Source: a virus (Duplodnaviria; Caudoviricetes). Taken from it: a DNA stretch of 64,000 nucleotides. The stretch spans positions 879 through 64,878 of IMG/VR virus record IMGVR_UViG_3300028591_000210. One strand, written 5' to 3'. This document shows positions 19,321 to 29,538 of the stretch, in pieces. The translations under genes and the position numbers were made by a program. The stretch's first letter is position 1, and each line of letters starts with the position of its first letter. The notes beneath the pieces were generated by a model. It ran no database searches. It saw nothing but the letters and a program-made list of their open reading frames with translations, and had not been told where the DNA came from.

Positions 19321-20451
19321 TCATTCATTAAAAATATTTTTTAATAAGATATTTTTATCAGTTACACAACCATAACCGTCAATGTTTGAATAATAAATTA
19401 TTTTTATATTGTTCTCAGCCAATAACTTGCGCTTCCTCTCATCCCTCTCCTTTATCACCTTATATCCTTCATCACCGCCAAAATACTCAATCGGTCTAAA
19501 ATGTTGCTCACCTTGACACTCTATGGCCACGTTATATTCGGGCAAATAAAAATCCAAATGCTGCTTTCCAAGCCAAATGAAATGCTTGCCCAACTCATAC
19601 TTAATATTATTGTTAATTAATAATAACTCAACCTCCTTCTCCAATAAACTCTGACAACAAGCAGGACAACCATGCCCATGTATATGGTCAAACGCACGTT
19701 GCCAAAACTCTCCATGTTCGGGACATATTATGCAAACCTTCTTAAACGCCCCCTTATAAACAGCCTTGCCATAATCATACTTATTTCCATGAACCTTTAT
19801 GGACTCGTTTATAAATTGCTCGGTGCTTTTCATCCTCCTTTCAGAACGGTCAATAATGCCGCACTTTCTGCAACCTTGGCCATTTATATGTTTTGCCGGA
19901 GTTTGCCAAAATTCTCCGTGTTCAGGGCATATTATGCAAACCTTTTCGTGCATTTTATTAAACACAACCTTGGAATAATCATATTTATCACCATGAACCT
20001 TCCTAAACCTTTCCAAAACCTCATCGGTCGATAAACCCCTTCCAGCACATTTTGGACAGCCCTGCTTTTGACGATATATATGATTTACAGGACGTGTCCA
20101 AAATTCGCCATGTTCAGGACAAATTACACAAACCTTGGTATCTGCATTTTTATACACAACCTTGGAATAATCATATTTATCTCCATGTACTTGTTTCGCC
20201 CTTTCAATGAATTTCTCTTCATCAAATCTAAAAGTATCACCCCTCTTAACATTTGCGCACTCAGGGCAACTATTACCCCTTAAATGAGCATATGGACATT
20301 GCCAAAATTCTCCATGTTCAGGACATATTATACATACCTTTGTCTTGCTGTTTATATACTCAACCTTTGAATAGTCATACTTATCTCCATGAACCTTTCT
20401 TGCCTTTTCAATAAACTCTTCCCTTTTTTCCGCTTTCATAAATTCTATCAA
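19321..20451 (-). CDS. Free-standing zinc-repeat endonuclease
   Basis: Four HGDKYDYSKV/CPEHGEFWQ repeats and LDFYLPEYNVAIECQGEQH. Confidence 0.8.
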   Translation of the reverse strand: MIEFMKAEKREEFIEKARKVHGDKYDYSKVEYINSKTKVCIICPEHGEFWQCPYAHLRGNSCPECANVKRGDTFRFDEEKFIERAKQVHGDKYDYSKVVYKNADTKVCVICPEHGEFWTRPVNHIYRQKQGCPKCAGRGLSTDEVLERFRKVHGDKYDYSKVVFNKMHEKVCIICPEHGEFWQTPAKHINGQGCRKCGIIDRSERRMKSTEQFINESIKVHGNKYDYGKAVYKGAFKKVCIICPEHGEFWQRAFDHIHGHGCPACCQSLLEKEVELLLINNNIKYELGKHFIWLGKQHLDFYLPEYNVAIECQGEQHFRPIEYFGGDEGYKVIKERDERKRKLLAENNIKIIYYSNIDGYGCVTDKNILLKNIFNE

Positions 20452-21154
20452 TTAAAACATTTTTATCAGTTATACAACCATAGCCATCAATATTTGAATA
20501 ATATAATATTTCAATTCCATTTTTTAAACATAAATCATTTTTATATTTATCTCTTTTCTTTGTTTCATCCAATAAACCATTTTTAAAATGTCCATCTTCA
20601 AAATGTTGAACTCCTTGACATTCGACGCCAATATTATAATCAGGCAAATAAAAATCCAAACTATAATATTTGTTCCAAGGCAACCTCCACTGATAAATAA
20701 AGACAATTTCATTCAACGACAATAATTCTTTAATATCCCTCTCCAATTTGCTTTCATTGCAAATGGGACAGCCACGCCCAGATAAATGATTATTTGGAGA
20801 TTGAATAAAGTCACCATGAATTGGGCATGTTATAATTACGCCGGTTGAATTATTTTTATATTTAACCTTGGAATAATCATATTTATTTCCATGTACCTTC
20901 CTCGCCTTTTCAATAAATTCTTCAGTATTTGAAGCAAATATATTGCTCAACCGTTCACGCTTGCAATCAGGACAACCATTTCCATATAAATGATTCGTGG
21001 GCGTTTGATAAAATACGCCATGAACAGGACAAGTTATACCAATCTTAGTGCGAGAATTAATATAATTTGTATCATTATATTCATATTTACCGCCATGAAC
21101 CAACACAGCCTCATTAACAAATTCATCAAACGTTTTCCTAATTCCTCTCATCAT
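20408..21154 (-). CDS. Free-standing zinc-repeat endonuclease
   Basis: Two repeats and LDFYLPDYNIGVECQGVQH. Confidence 0.8.
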   Translation of the reverse strand: MMRGIRKTFDEFVNEAVLVHGGKYEYNDTNYINSRTKIGITCPVHGVFYQTPTNHLYGNGCPDCKRERLSNIFASNTEEFIEKARKVHGNKYDYSKVKYKNNSTGVIITCPIHGDFIQSPNNHLSGRGCPICNESKLERDIKELLSLNEIVFIYQWRLPWNKYYSLDFYLPDYNIGVECQGVQHFEDGHFKNGLLDETKKRDKYKNDLCLKNGIEILYYSNIDGYGCITDKNVLIDRIYESGKKGRVY

Positions 21155-21266
21155 GTCACACCAATTATTAATAATTCTTTTACAAAATATAAATATTATA
21201 ATAAAAAAATTAATAAAAAAATATTTATATTAAAATAATAATATATTTAAACTAGTTTAAAAAATT

Positions 21267-21755
21267 ATGAGTGATTTGCTATTAAAGATGCCATTGAACT
21301 ATGAGCCCCTACGTAAAAATAGATGGCTCTTTAGATTCCCCGCTGATTTGGGAATTCAAGAATGGTGGTTATCAAGTGCATCTCGTCCAAATATTACACA
21401 AGACGAAACAGAAATTCCTTTCTTAAATACTTCCACATATGTTGTTGGAAGATACAAATGGGAAACCATACAGGTTACACTCCGTGACCCAATTGGCCCT
21501 TCAGCTTCTCAAGCTGTAATGGAATGGGTTAGATTGCACTCAGAGTCAGTTACCGGTAGGCAAGGATATGCAGCAGGTTATAAACGTGACGTGGAATTGG
21601 AAATGCTTGACCCAACTGGCGTTGTGGTTTCAAAGTGGATTCTTAAAAACTGTATGTTAACAACCGTAAACTTCGGAGATTTGGACTACAGTTCATCAGA
21701 CCTCGCAACCATACAACTTACTATACGATTTGACTATGCAATATTGTGCTATTAA
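21267..21755 (+). CDS. Tail tube protein (T4 gp19-like)
   Basis: EPLRKNRWLFRF, W...SASRP, GRYKWETIQVTLRDP and LDYSSSDLATIQLTIRFD. Confidence 0.85.
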   Translation: MSDLLLKMPLNYEPLRKNRWLFRFPADLGIQEWWLSSASRPNITQDETEIPFLNTSTYVVGRYKWETIQVTLRDPIGPSASQAVMEWVRLHSESVTGRQGYAAGYKRDVELEMLDPTGVVVSKWILKNCMLTTVNFGDLDYSSSDLATIQLTIRFDYAILCY

Positions 21756-21791
21756 TGTCATGCGTATTGTAGCACTTTTTTAAGACAAAAT

Positions 21792-21825
21792 AAAAGACCA
21801 ACTATTAATTTAGCTGGTCTTTTTT
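21792..21825. terminator. Bidirectional terminator
   Basis: aaaagaccaac...gctggtcttttt between convergent genes. Confidence 0.65.
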
Positions 21826-21827
21826 CT

Positions 21828-23540
21828 TTATACCGTTGTTTCTTCTGCAATTAATGTTTCATTTTCTTTTTTAACCGGATTTCTCCATACATATTTAAAT
21901 AAGCCACAGTCATATATCCTTATATAGCCCAATTTTTCTGTCATTTCCTTTTCCGTCATAGATAAAGGGAGGCCATATTTTTTATGAAGAATTTGTTTTC
22001 TAAAATTGAATTTATGAAAGCGTTTATATCTATCTATTTTCGAATTATAGTATCTATATTCTGGTTTTAGTATTGAAGATAAAATAAATCCAAGTTTTGT
22101 ATATAAATTTGTTTTTTCGTCCAACGTCCATCTTCTATCTGCGAATGATTTTACTTCTTGCGGTTTAAAATTATTAATAAAATATGAAAACATTTTGCCG
22201 CCAACTCCCATGCAGACTGTTCCATTTTTTGAAGCAAATCTTGTTAAATTCCACTCATTATCTTTTTCGTTTAAAAAGCTCATAACGGCTATTAATTCTT
22301 TCTCATAATATGCTCCAATATATACAGTAGATTTTGTGAATCCTTGAATATGATATTTTTTTAAAAAATCTTCAGCAATAAAATACTTAATTAATGATAT
22401 TTTGCATTTTCTTCCCGGTATTTTAATTGAATTTTTTCCTTCCAAACCCAAAATATGTTTTATTTTACTTAAAACAATTTCTTTATGTTCCGCATATTCG
22501 TCTTCAAATATTTGAAGCAGTTTAATCCCACGTTGATTACATTCTATAAGTTTATTTAGATGATAATTTTTATCTTTTCCAAATTTTTCAGAATGCCATA
22601 AATTTCCATTAAATTCTATTGCTACATTTTTTGATGGTATAAATATATCTAATTCTTTTCCATGCAAAATTTTTCTATCTGTATAACATTCTACGCCAAA
22701 TGACTCTATAAAATCTTTTATTTCTTTCTCTTGGCTTGAAGAAAAAAACCTCTCCATATTTATATTTGCTTCTGTACCAATTTCACTAAGCCTTTTATGG
22801 AGAGAATTACATGTTGTACTGGATAAAGAAAATTTATCCATGTATTCTTTTTTGGTTAAATTATGTTTTTTTAAATGAACATCTGTAATTCGTCTTAATT
22901 TCTTTCCGCATATTTTGCATTCAACAAATTCATTTTCATCGGTTTCAAGTTGAAGATTAGCTGTGTGATTTGCCATGGTAAAAAACTCTTTGTCTTCCGG
23001 ATGTTTTAATAAATGTTCACTTTTTGATATATTATGCTCTTTCTGCAAATGAACGGCAAATGCCCCGCTTCTGTTATCAACATCAATGGTTTCCCAATCG
23101 CAATATGGGCATTTTTTTGTTTCGCCATCTTTAACTTCTTTAACAGATAACCATTGTTCCCACCAATAATTTCCTGTCATCATATAATATTTTCTTCTAT
23201 CATATAACGTTGGCGTTTTTATTCCATATTCCTTTTCTATATAGCTCGTAAGGCATCCAGACTTGTTGCTAATATCCGTGGACTCAAAACTTTTCTTGGG
23301 GTCATATGCCACATAATGATAGCCATCGCGCAATTTATACTTTTCAATTTTATAATCATTTAAAATATAAGCGCTTTTATCTGTTTTTTGGCCACCTCTT
23401 CCCCTAATTTCTATGCCATTTTTCTCTAATATTTCTTTTGCCTTAATTTTTCCTATATGATATTTATAGCATATTTCATAAATATTATATTTCTTATCTG
23501 CATAATCATATATTAATGATTTTATAATTGAATCTTCCAT
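21828..23540 (-). CDS. Zinc-finger/HTH plus PD-(D/E)xK-like nuclease (Hef-like free-standing endonuclease candidate)
   Basis: C2H2-like CPYC...HLQKEH and CKIC...HLKKH fingers; ELDIFIPSKNVAIEFNGNLWHS; C-terminal RIYDCG. Confidence 0.65.
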   Translation of the reverse strand: MEDSIIKSLIYDYADKKYNIYEICYKYHIGKIKAKEILEKNGIEIRGRGGQKTDKSAYILNDYKIEKYKLRDGYHYVAYDPKKSFESTDISNKSGCLTSYIEKEYGIKTPTLYDRRKYYMMTGNYWWEQWLSVKEVKDGETKKCPYCDWETIDVDNRSGAFAVHLQKEHNISKSEHLLKHPEDKEFFTMANHTANLQLETDENEFVECKICGKKLRRITDVHLKKHNLTKKEYMDKFSLSSTTCNSLHKRLSEIGTEANINMERFFSSSQEKEIKDFIESFGVECYTDRKILHGKELDIFIPSKNVAIEFNGNLWHSEKFGKDKNYHLNKLIECNQRGIKLLQIFEDEYAEHKEIVLSKIKHILGLEGKNSIKIPGRKCKISLIKYFIAEDFLKKYHIQGFTKSTVYIGAYYEKELIAVMSFLNEKDNEWNLTRFASKNGTVCMGVGGKMFSYFINNFKPQEVKSFADRRWTLDEKTNLYTKLGFILSSILKPEYRYYNSKIDRYKRFHKFNFRKQILHKKYGLPLSMTEKEMTEKLGYIRIYDCGLFKYVWRNPVKKENETLIAEETTV

Positions 23541-23554
23541 AATACCATTTTTTA

Positions 23555-23562
23555 CAAATATA
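23555..23562 (-). promoter_or_regulatory. Bacteroidota-type -7 promoter element
   Basis: TATATTTG 15 nt upstream of the 23540 start, in the same context as 5415. Confidence 0.55.
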
Positions 23563-23736
23563 CAAATAAATATTTTAAAAAAGAAATTTTAATCCATTTA
23601 ATTTCACGCCAACAATTCCTGTATAATATTTTTTCAAAAACCCATTTAGTTTTGTGCCAACAATACGTAATAAGAACAAAAAAATGGTAAGCATTTGCCT
23701 ACCATTTAATTATTTGTTTTCCAATAAGTTACACAC

Positions 23737-25764
23737 TTATCTCAACTCGCTCACAGGCCAATGGACGAGGCCATCTATTCTTACATGCCCGTAATATCTG
23801 TTGTTAACCATCTTCTTAGCGTAACGTGTCATGATGCCCTTTACGGGAGCAAAGTTAAACGGATTGATGATGGTTGGGGTCAACTGCATCGGAACATACG
23901 GTGCGTAGATATAACCTGTGTCAAGAAGTGACTTACCCTTATGGCCGATAATTATTGACCAGTGAGGTGAATATGGGTCACGGTAGACCTGATAACGTCC
24001 GCTGAGTGTACCAATCTTCTCAATACCCATGTTGTACTGGTCGCTTTCAGCTGATGCGTCAGAAACATGGAAGAACTCAAGGTTGTCAAACAGTGCGCTG
24101 ATTTCTGAAGAAACAACGATGAAGTTTGCTCCGCCACGGAGAGTTGCTTTATGAATCTGTGCTGAAATCTGGTTAATCTTTGTGAATAACTCTTGGTTCC
24201 AGTCTTTCTGGGTGTAGTTAGTTGAGAAAGCAGCCATTCTTCTCCAACCGTTAACGTCCCAACGAGCTTGCCAAGGTGCGCCTTTACGAAGGTCGCGGAG
24301 TATTTCACGGTCTATTTCAGCAGCAATCTGCTCTGAAAGTATAGCTGTTAACTCTGCTTCAGCGTCGATGTTGTGGAAAGCAGAAACGTCCTGTGCAAGT
24401 TCTGGTGACCATGTAGCACGAAGTTTTCTTTCTTCAACAGCAACTGTTACGCTGTCGAGTTTGAATGAAACCTCACCGATTTCAGTCTCAAGCTCTAATG
24501 AGTCGTACTGTGCCCAAGCAATCTTAAAGAGAGCTGCGATAGCTTCTTTTGTTGCGGCGGGGTCATCGGGAGTAATAGCTGCTGACAACTGAGCTGCGTC
24601 AACACCGATGTAGCCATCGATTGTACCGGCTTGCTGTACAACGGGTTTTGCAAGGTCGAGTTCGAGATAGATTTTGCCTTCTGCGTCGCAGATGCCTTCG
24701 TACTCTACTATGCCTTTACCATATTTCTGTGTAACAACACGGAAGGGGATTGCCTCATATTTTCTGAAAGCTGAAGTCTGAACAGCTGAATCGCCGAGGT
24801 TTTCTGCTGTGAACTCTTTCATGGTGATAACTTTCAATGAAGCCAAGAAGCCCTCTGTGTCCATTTCGTTGCCGTCAGGACCGGTAAGACGACCTGCGTT
24901 GAATGCTGAGAAGCCATCAACCTCAAGAATAATGTTACGAACGGTTCCGTCAAATCCACTCTTGAAATATTTGCTAAGGTTATCGCCTGCGAAAGGACGG
25001 ATGCCCATAGGAGTTAACATTACGGGAACAGCCTCACCAACTTTAATAGTTACCTTACCTTTAGAGTTATCATAAAGGAAGTCGTTGTAGAAGAGGTCAT
25101 AGAGGCTCTTCTGGAAGTACTGTGTCACATCGGGGCCTGCCTGACGATAGTTTGTAGCAGGAATTGTTGGGTCAGCTTTTACAGCGTCAGCGAGAGCTTT
25201 GCCGTCTGCATACTCATCAGCACCTGCTTCGATGGCGGGATTGATTTTAACGAATTTCTTCTCAAGCTCGTTAATTGTCTCATCGGGGAGGTAGTATCTT
25301 GGGTCAATGCGTCCACCCTGATTACGGTTTACTCTGTCGTAGCCCATTAAGCCCTTATGACGACCGGTTGTGCCGTCAACAATATCTCCGGGTTCTGCTG
25401 TTGCGCCTTCGGGAAGTTCCCACTCTCTTTCTGATGTAACAGGAAGGATGAAGAACAGTTTACCGACGGGAAGGTTCATAGCCTGAACAGATACGATGTC
25501 GTTAGCAAGAAGTTTGCTAAACACACGGCGTATAATTGGGAAAACTACGGTTTCGAATGAACCGCTGTTATCTGAAGCGGTAGCCTCATAGATGAGGTGT
25601 TTTGCCTCGTTCTCATACAATGTTGCAACATTCTCTTTGATGTTACCCTCGAGACCTTCTGTAAAGCCTAGAGAGTCCCAACGATTCTGAATGTCCTCAC
25701 GTATTTTTTTCTGTGCGTTAAGTTCTATATTACCAACTTGTCCGCTAGTTAAAAATTCTCTCAT
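23737..25764 (-). CDS. Major capsid protein (T4 gp23-like)
   Basis: FPIIRRVF..DIVSVQAM, RKLRATWSPELAQD, EIDREIL, YAPYVPMQLTP and GIMTRYA. Confidence 0.95.
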   Translation of the reverse strand: MREFLTSGQVGNIELNAQKKIREDIQNRWDSLGFTEGLEGNIKENVATLYENEAKHLIYEATASDNSGSFETVVFPIIRRVFSKLLANDIVSVQAMNLPVGKLFFILPVTSEREWELPEGATAEPGDIVDGTTGRHKGLMGYDRVNRNQGGRIDPRYYLPDETINELEKKFVKINPAIEAGADEYADGKALADAVKADPTIPATNYRQAGPDVTQYFQKSLYDLFYNDFLYDNSKGKVTIKVGEAVPVMLTPMGIRPFAGDNLSKYFKSGFDGTVRNIILEVDGFSAFNAGRLTGPDGNEMDTEGFLASLKVITMKEFTAENLGDSAVQTSAFRKYEAIPFRVVTQKYGKGIVEYEGICDAEGKIYLELDLAKPVVQQAGTIDGYIGVDAAQLSAAITPDDPAATKEAIAALFKIAWAQYDSLELETEIGEVSFKLDSVTVAVEERKLRATWSPELAQDVSAFHNIDAEAELTAILSEQIAAEIDREILRDLRKGAPWQARWDVNGWRRMAAFSTNYTQKDWNQELFTKINQISAQIHKATLRGGANFIVVSSEISALFDNLEFFHVSDASAESDQYNMGIEKIGTLSGRYQVYRDPYSPHWSIIIGHKGKSLLDTGYIYAPYVPMQLTPTIINPFNFAPVKGIMTRYAKKMVNNRYYGHVRIDGLVHWPVSELR

Positions 25765-25800
25765 TATTAAATTAATTATTTAAATAATTTATTTTTAATT

Positions 25801-27348
25801 TTATTTACAAATTCTGTGCATTAAATCTAGTGAATTCAAAATATCATTTGAACGATAGATTTGTGTTTCATTAATTTGTTTTTTATCTGTGCCTAAATTT
25901 TTATTTTCATCGATATTCATCTTTGATTTTTTCTTTAGGTCTCTTGAGATGCTTTCGTACAGTCCTTTTGATGCTTCCACTGTTTTTGCTTCGTTACCGA
26001 ATCTATCTATAATTTCTTTTTTCTCATCGTTGGTTGTTGCATTTTCCATGACGAGTTTAATTATATTTCCAAGATTTACGTTTGTAACGGCAGCTTCTTC
26101 GAGTGTGTGTTTAAACTTCATCAGGGCTGCTTTTAGCTGTTTGTTTTCTTCGAAAATCTTATTGGCCTTTTTAATAATAGATTCGACTTTCTGTGAGTCG
26201 GTCGAGTAGGGGTTATCGGCCGTACCTGTTTCCTGTCCGTTCTGTGCGGTATGAAAGTTACGCCCTTTACGTTTACGATTTCCGTTATCACCATCTGTTC
26301 TTGAGGTGCTACCGACATTTGCTGTGTGCTCCTGTCTTGTTTTAAGCTCCTGCAATGGTGCATCCGTATCGCCTCCACCCATCTCAAGGTTATCTTCCTC
26401 TTCTACGGTTTTACCCTTTTCTGCTGTAAAAGGCTGATTTTCGCTCTTATCATTTTTCTTTCCTGACCAGGGCTTTTTAGAATCCTTGGGAACTCCTTTA
26501 TCCCAGTCATTAACGTTTTTACCCGGCTCTGTCATTCCAGGATTTGTCATTACATCTTTATTTTGGTAATTATCTGTATAACCAACGTTAGAGTCATACT
26601 CATTTAATGCAATTTCAAAAATTCTTGATTCATTCATATCTTCATCGTCTTGATTATCAAAGTCATCTTCTCCGTCGAAGCCTTCATTATTATCGTCATC
26701 AACATTGAATTCAAATTCTGCCTCTTCGTCACCATTTGAATTATCAATTGGTTCTTCTTCGGTGGCAGTTACATTATTATCATTTCCGCCTAAGTCGATA
26801 AGATATTCAGCGCCGGTTTCATTGTCTTTAATGTTAACCTTATCATCATCTTTTGTGACAACAACTTGGTCATCATCTTTTAATAATTTGTAAACCTTTA
26901 CGATTTCATCGTCTTGTGCTTCTGAGAAGTCATACTCTCCATCTGAGACCTTATATTTATCAAACTCTGACCATTCATCACTATTATCTTCTGAATCGTC
27001 AACCACTTCATCTTTTGTCTCTTCGCCTTCAATATCACCATCAGGTGTTTCAACGAACGAATCTTCGGTTTCGGTATCAGTTTCAGAATCCATTCCATTA
27101 TCAGAAGTATCTTCTGTTCCATTGTCTTCGTTTGGGTCCACAGAATCAGTATCATCCACTTCTTCTACATCGTACTCATCCTCATCATCACCTTCAGTAA
27201 TGATTTTGGCATATTGCTCACGTACTGCTTCTTTTAATAAATCTCTAACAGCACTTTCTGTGTTCTCTTTTAAAGTATTGGCAAGATTGTCATAATCCAT
27301 CAAAGATTCTTTAACAAAATTGCTTCTAATTTTACTATTATTTTTCAT
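25801..27348 (-). CDS. Prohead core/scaffold protein (T4 gp22-like position)
   Basis: Highly acidic and immediately upstream of MCP; C-terminal helical region with ATTNDEKKEIIDRF. Confidence 0.7.
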   Translation of the reverse strand: MKNNSKIRSNFVKESLMDYDNLANTLKENTESAVRDLLKEAVREQYAKIITEGDDEDEYDVEEVDDTDSVDPNEDNGTEDTSDNGMDSETDTETEDSFVETPDGDIEGEETKDEVVDDSEDNSDEWSEFDKYKVSDGEYDFSEAQDDEIVKVYKLLKDDDQVVVTKDDDKVNIKDNETGAEYLIDLGGNDNNVTATEEEPIDNSNGDEEAEFEFNVDDDNNEGFDGEDDFDNQDDEDMNESRIFEIALNEYDSNVGYTDNYQNKDVMTNPGMTEPGKNVNDWDKGVPKDSKKPWSGKKNDKSENQPFTAEKGKTVEEEDNLEMGGGDTDAPLQELKTRQEHTANVGSTSRTDGDNGNRKRKGRNFHTAQNGQETGTADNPYSTDSQKVESIIKKANKIFEENKQLKAALMKFKHTLEEAAVTNVNLGNIIKLVMENATTNDEKKEIIDRFGNEAKTVEASKGLYESISRDLKKKSKMNIDENKNLGTDKKQINETQIYRSNDILNSLDLMHRICK

Positions 27349-27517
27349 TTAAATGAAATGTATTTATTTTACATTATTTTAAGGCAACTACTTCAAATAT
27401 ATATAGTTAAAATTACCTATTTTAATTATAAATATTATTTAATAAAAAAAAATTTAAAAAAATATCAGATATAGATAAAAAAATTATCAAAATTATATGT
27501 TTTTTTGTTTTTTTAAA

Positions 27518-27531
27518 TATAAATATTTATA
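27518..27531. promoter_or_regulatory. Back-to-back late-promoter-like motif TATAAATATTTATA
   Basis: Palindrome between the divergent scaffold and protease genes; the same palindrome occurs at 61166-61179. Confidence 0.6.
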
Positions 27532-27557
27532 TAATATGAAATATTATTTTTTTAATC

Positions 27558-28271
27558 ATGGAAAAAAAAGATTTACAAGAAATAAAAAAAGGAGAATTCG
27601 GCCATGGACTGTTAATTGAAAATGATGGCTATATTTCAATTAATGATACCAAACATAATAAATTAATTAAAGAAGAATTTGAAAATGCTACAGAGTGGCA
27701 CGTTCCAAAGCCATTTATAATTGATGCAGTGCTTCAAAAATTTGACACTAAAAATGCAAACGGAAGAATATATCCAGAAAGAATATTAAAAAGAGAAGTA
27801 GAAAAATATCAAAAACTAATCCAAGATAGAATGGCACTATCTGAATTAAACCACCCTTCAGACAGTACAATTGACCTTGGGCGCATATCACATAATATTA
27901 TTGAATGCCATTGGGAAGGCAAAACACTTGTTGGTAAACTAGAGCTTAATATTTCGGAAGGCTTTAGAAGGTTCGGCATTTGCTCAACTTGCGGGGACCA
28001 AGCAGCGCAACTACTTTTATCTGGCTTTAAGATAGGTATCTCATCAAGGGCTGTCGGTAGCGTTGAACAAAAACTTGGTGTAACCGTTGTTGGTGACGAC
28101 TTGGAGCTTATTGGATTTGACATAGTGAGCTCACCCAGTACCCCTGGGGCTTATTTATCCATGAACGGTCCTGAGCCATTGCAACAATATGTTGAAAGCA
28201 ATAATGCCAACCCCAATAAGCAATCAATAAATGAAAAAATTAATAAAATAAATAAAATTCTTCAATCATAA
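27558..28271 (+). CDS. Prohead maturation protease (T4 gp21-like)
   Basis: NANGRIYP, ELNHP, GISSRAVGSV and FDIVSSPSTPGAY. Confidence 0.9.
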   Translation: MEKKDLQEIKKGEFGHGLLIENDGYISINDTKHNKLIKEEFENATEWHVPKPFIIDAVLQKFDTKNANGRIYPERILKREVEKYQKLIQDRMALSELNHPSDSTIDLGRISHNIIECHWEGKTLVGKLELNISEGFRRFGICSTCGDQAAQLLLSGFKIGISSRAVGSVEQKLGVTVVGDDLELIGFDIVSSPSTPGAYLSMNGPEPLQQYVESNNANPNKQSINEKINKINKILQS

Positions 28272-28400
28272 AAAATAACAATTCAATTCTATTAAATAAA
28301 ATTAAGCGAGACTCATTAATTTGAATCTCGCTTTTATTTTATGATTATTGGTTTTACCTTCGGAAAAATCAGCCTCATTTGTATAGTAATATCATTGCCT

Positions 28401-28661
28401 TTATAAATATCCTCCCGGGTCATATGCATTATCAAAATGTCCATTCATTATGGCCAAATCTGCTTCATTGGAGTCAGCCATATCTTTCATGTCATCTTCA
28501 TAATCTGCGTTCCATTGGTCTCTTTGCTGTCGAATGTTATTTAATTCATTTTCCGGCATATTATATTCATCGTTATCATATAATCCGTATTCTTCTGCAT
28601 CTCCTATATATTCCAATAATTTTTTAAAAGAAGATTCATTTATTTTGATTACCTTTGCCAT
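28401..28661 (-). CDS. Small acidic protein with KVIKINES leader
   Basis: 86-aa ORF with a leader variant. Confidence 0.6.
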   Translation of the reverse strand: MAKVIKINESSFKKLLEYIGDAEEYGLYDNDEYNMPENELNNIRQQRDQWNADYEDDMKDMADSNEADLAIMNGHFDNAYDPGGYL

Positions 28662-28669
28662 TTTGTTTT

Positions 28670-29068
28670 TTATAATTTAATCAATTTCATTTTTTTGCCT
28701 CCGAGGGCTTCTATTTTAAATTTTGTGGTTGATTTTTTTCTATCTGCTGGCGTTACGTTTGTTGCCATTATTAATTTGCTTTTCAGGTCTTGTTCTGTTT
28801 CGGTATATATGCTTATATTTTTTTCTTCTTTTTTCTTTGCTTTATTTTTATGTTTTTCAATTATTGGTATTCTATTTTCTTTTATTTTAAATTTTTCATC
28901 ATGTTTAATGAATTCGTTATTATATGTTTCTAGCAAAAAAGAGTTTAGCAAATCGATATTAATATCTTTTTTAATTATTCCGATTTTAATTAAAAACTCC
29001 AAAAATTCTTTTGTTAGTTTATAATTAACATTTTTTTCATACCATTTTAAAACGTTGTCTATTGTCAT
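28670..29068 (-). CDS. Hypothetical protein
   Basis: 132-aa ORF in an operon. Confidence 0.65.
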   Translation of the reverse strand: MTIDNVLKWYEKNVNYKLTKEFLEFLIKIGIIKKDINIDLLNSFLLETYNNEFIKHDEKFKIKENRIPIIEKHKNKAKKKEEKNISIYTETEQDLKSKLIMATNVTPADRKKSTTKFKIEALGGKKMKLIKL

Positions 29069-29499
29069 TTTCTTTTGCTGATTTCAAAATCATTTTCGAT
29101 TAAATTATTTTCCAATTCATTAAACAGATGTCCAAAATCATAATAAATTATCTTTTTTAGATTTTTTAAGTCTATTATTTTTTCAGGGTTTTGCTTGATA
29201 AAAAGTGAAATTGAACAAAATTTCTTTTTATTTTTCTCCAAATTATCTGGATTAATATCGAAGTCCAATATATGTTTTTTATCAAAAACAATACTATTGC
29301 TTAATTCTTTTGATAACTTTTTTTTAAAGTTATTATAAATAGCATTTATTGGCGTTTCAAAATCTCCATCATAAGTTGGGCACAACCACATTTTACCGAA
29401 AATATAAATCACTTGCGGACAAACTTTATTTGTGCTGCCATATTTTAAGCAAATATTTTTGCATAAATCAATCTTAAATTCTTTATTTAATCTGGTCAT
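29065..29499 (-). CDS. Hypothetical protein
   Basis: 144-aa ORF with an ATGA overlap. Confidence 0.7.
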   Translation of the reverse strand: MTRLNKEFKIDLCKNICLKYGSTNKVCPQVIYIFGKMWLCPTYDGDFETPINAIYNNFKKKLSKELSNSIVFDKKHILDFDINPDNLEKNKKKFCSISLFIKQNPEKIIDLKNLKKIIYYDFGHLFNELENNLIENDFEISKRK

Positions 29500-29538
29500 A
29501 TACTTTTTTTATAAAAGATATGATTTTTACACAAAAAG

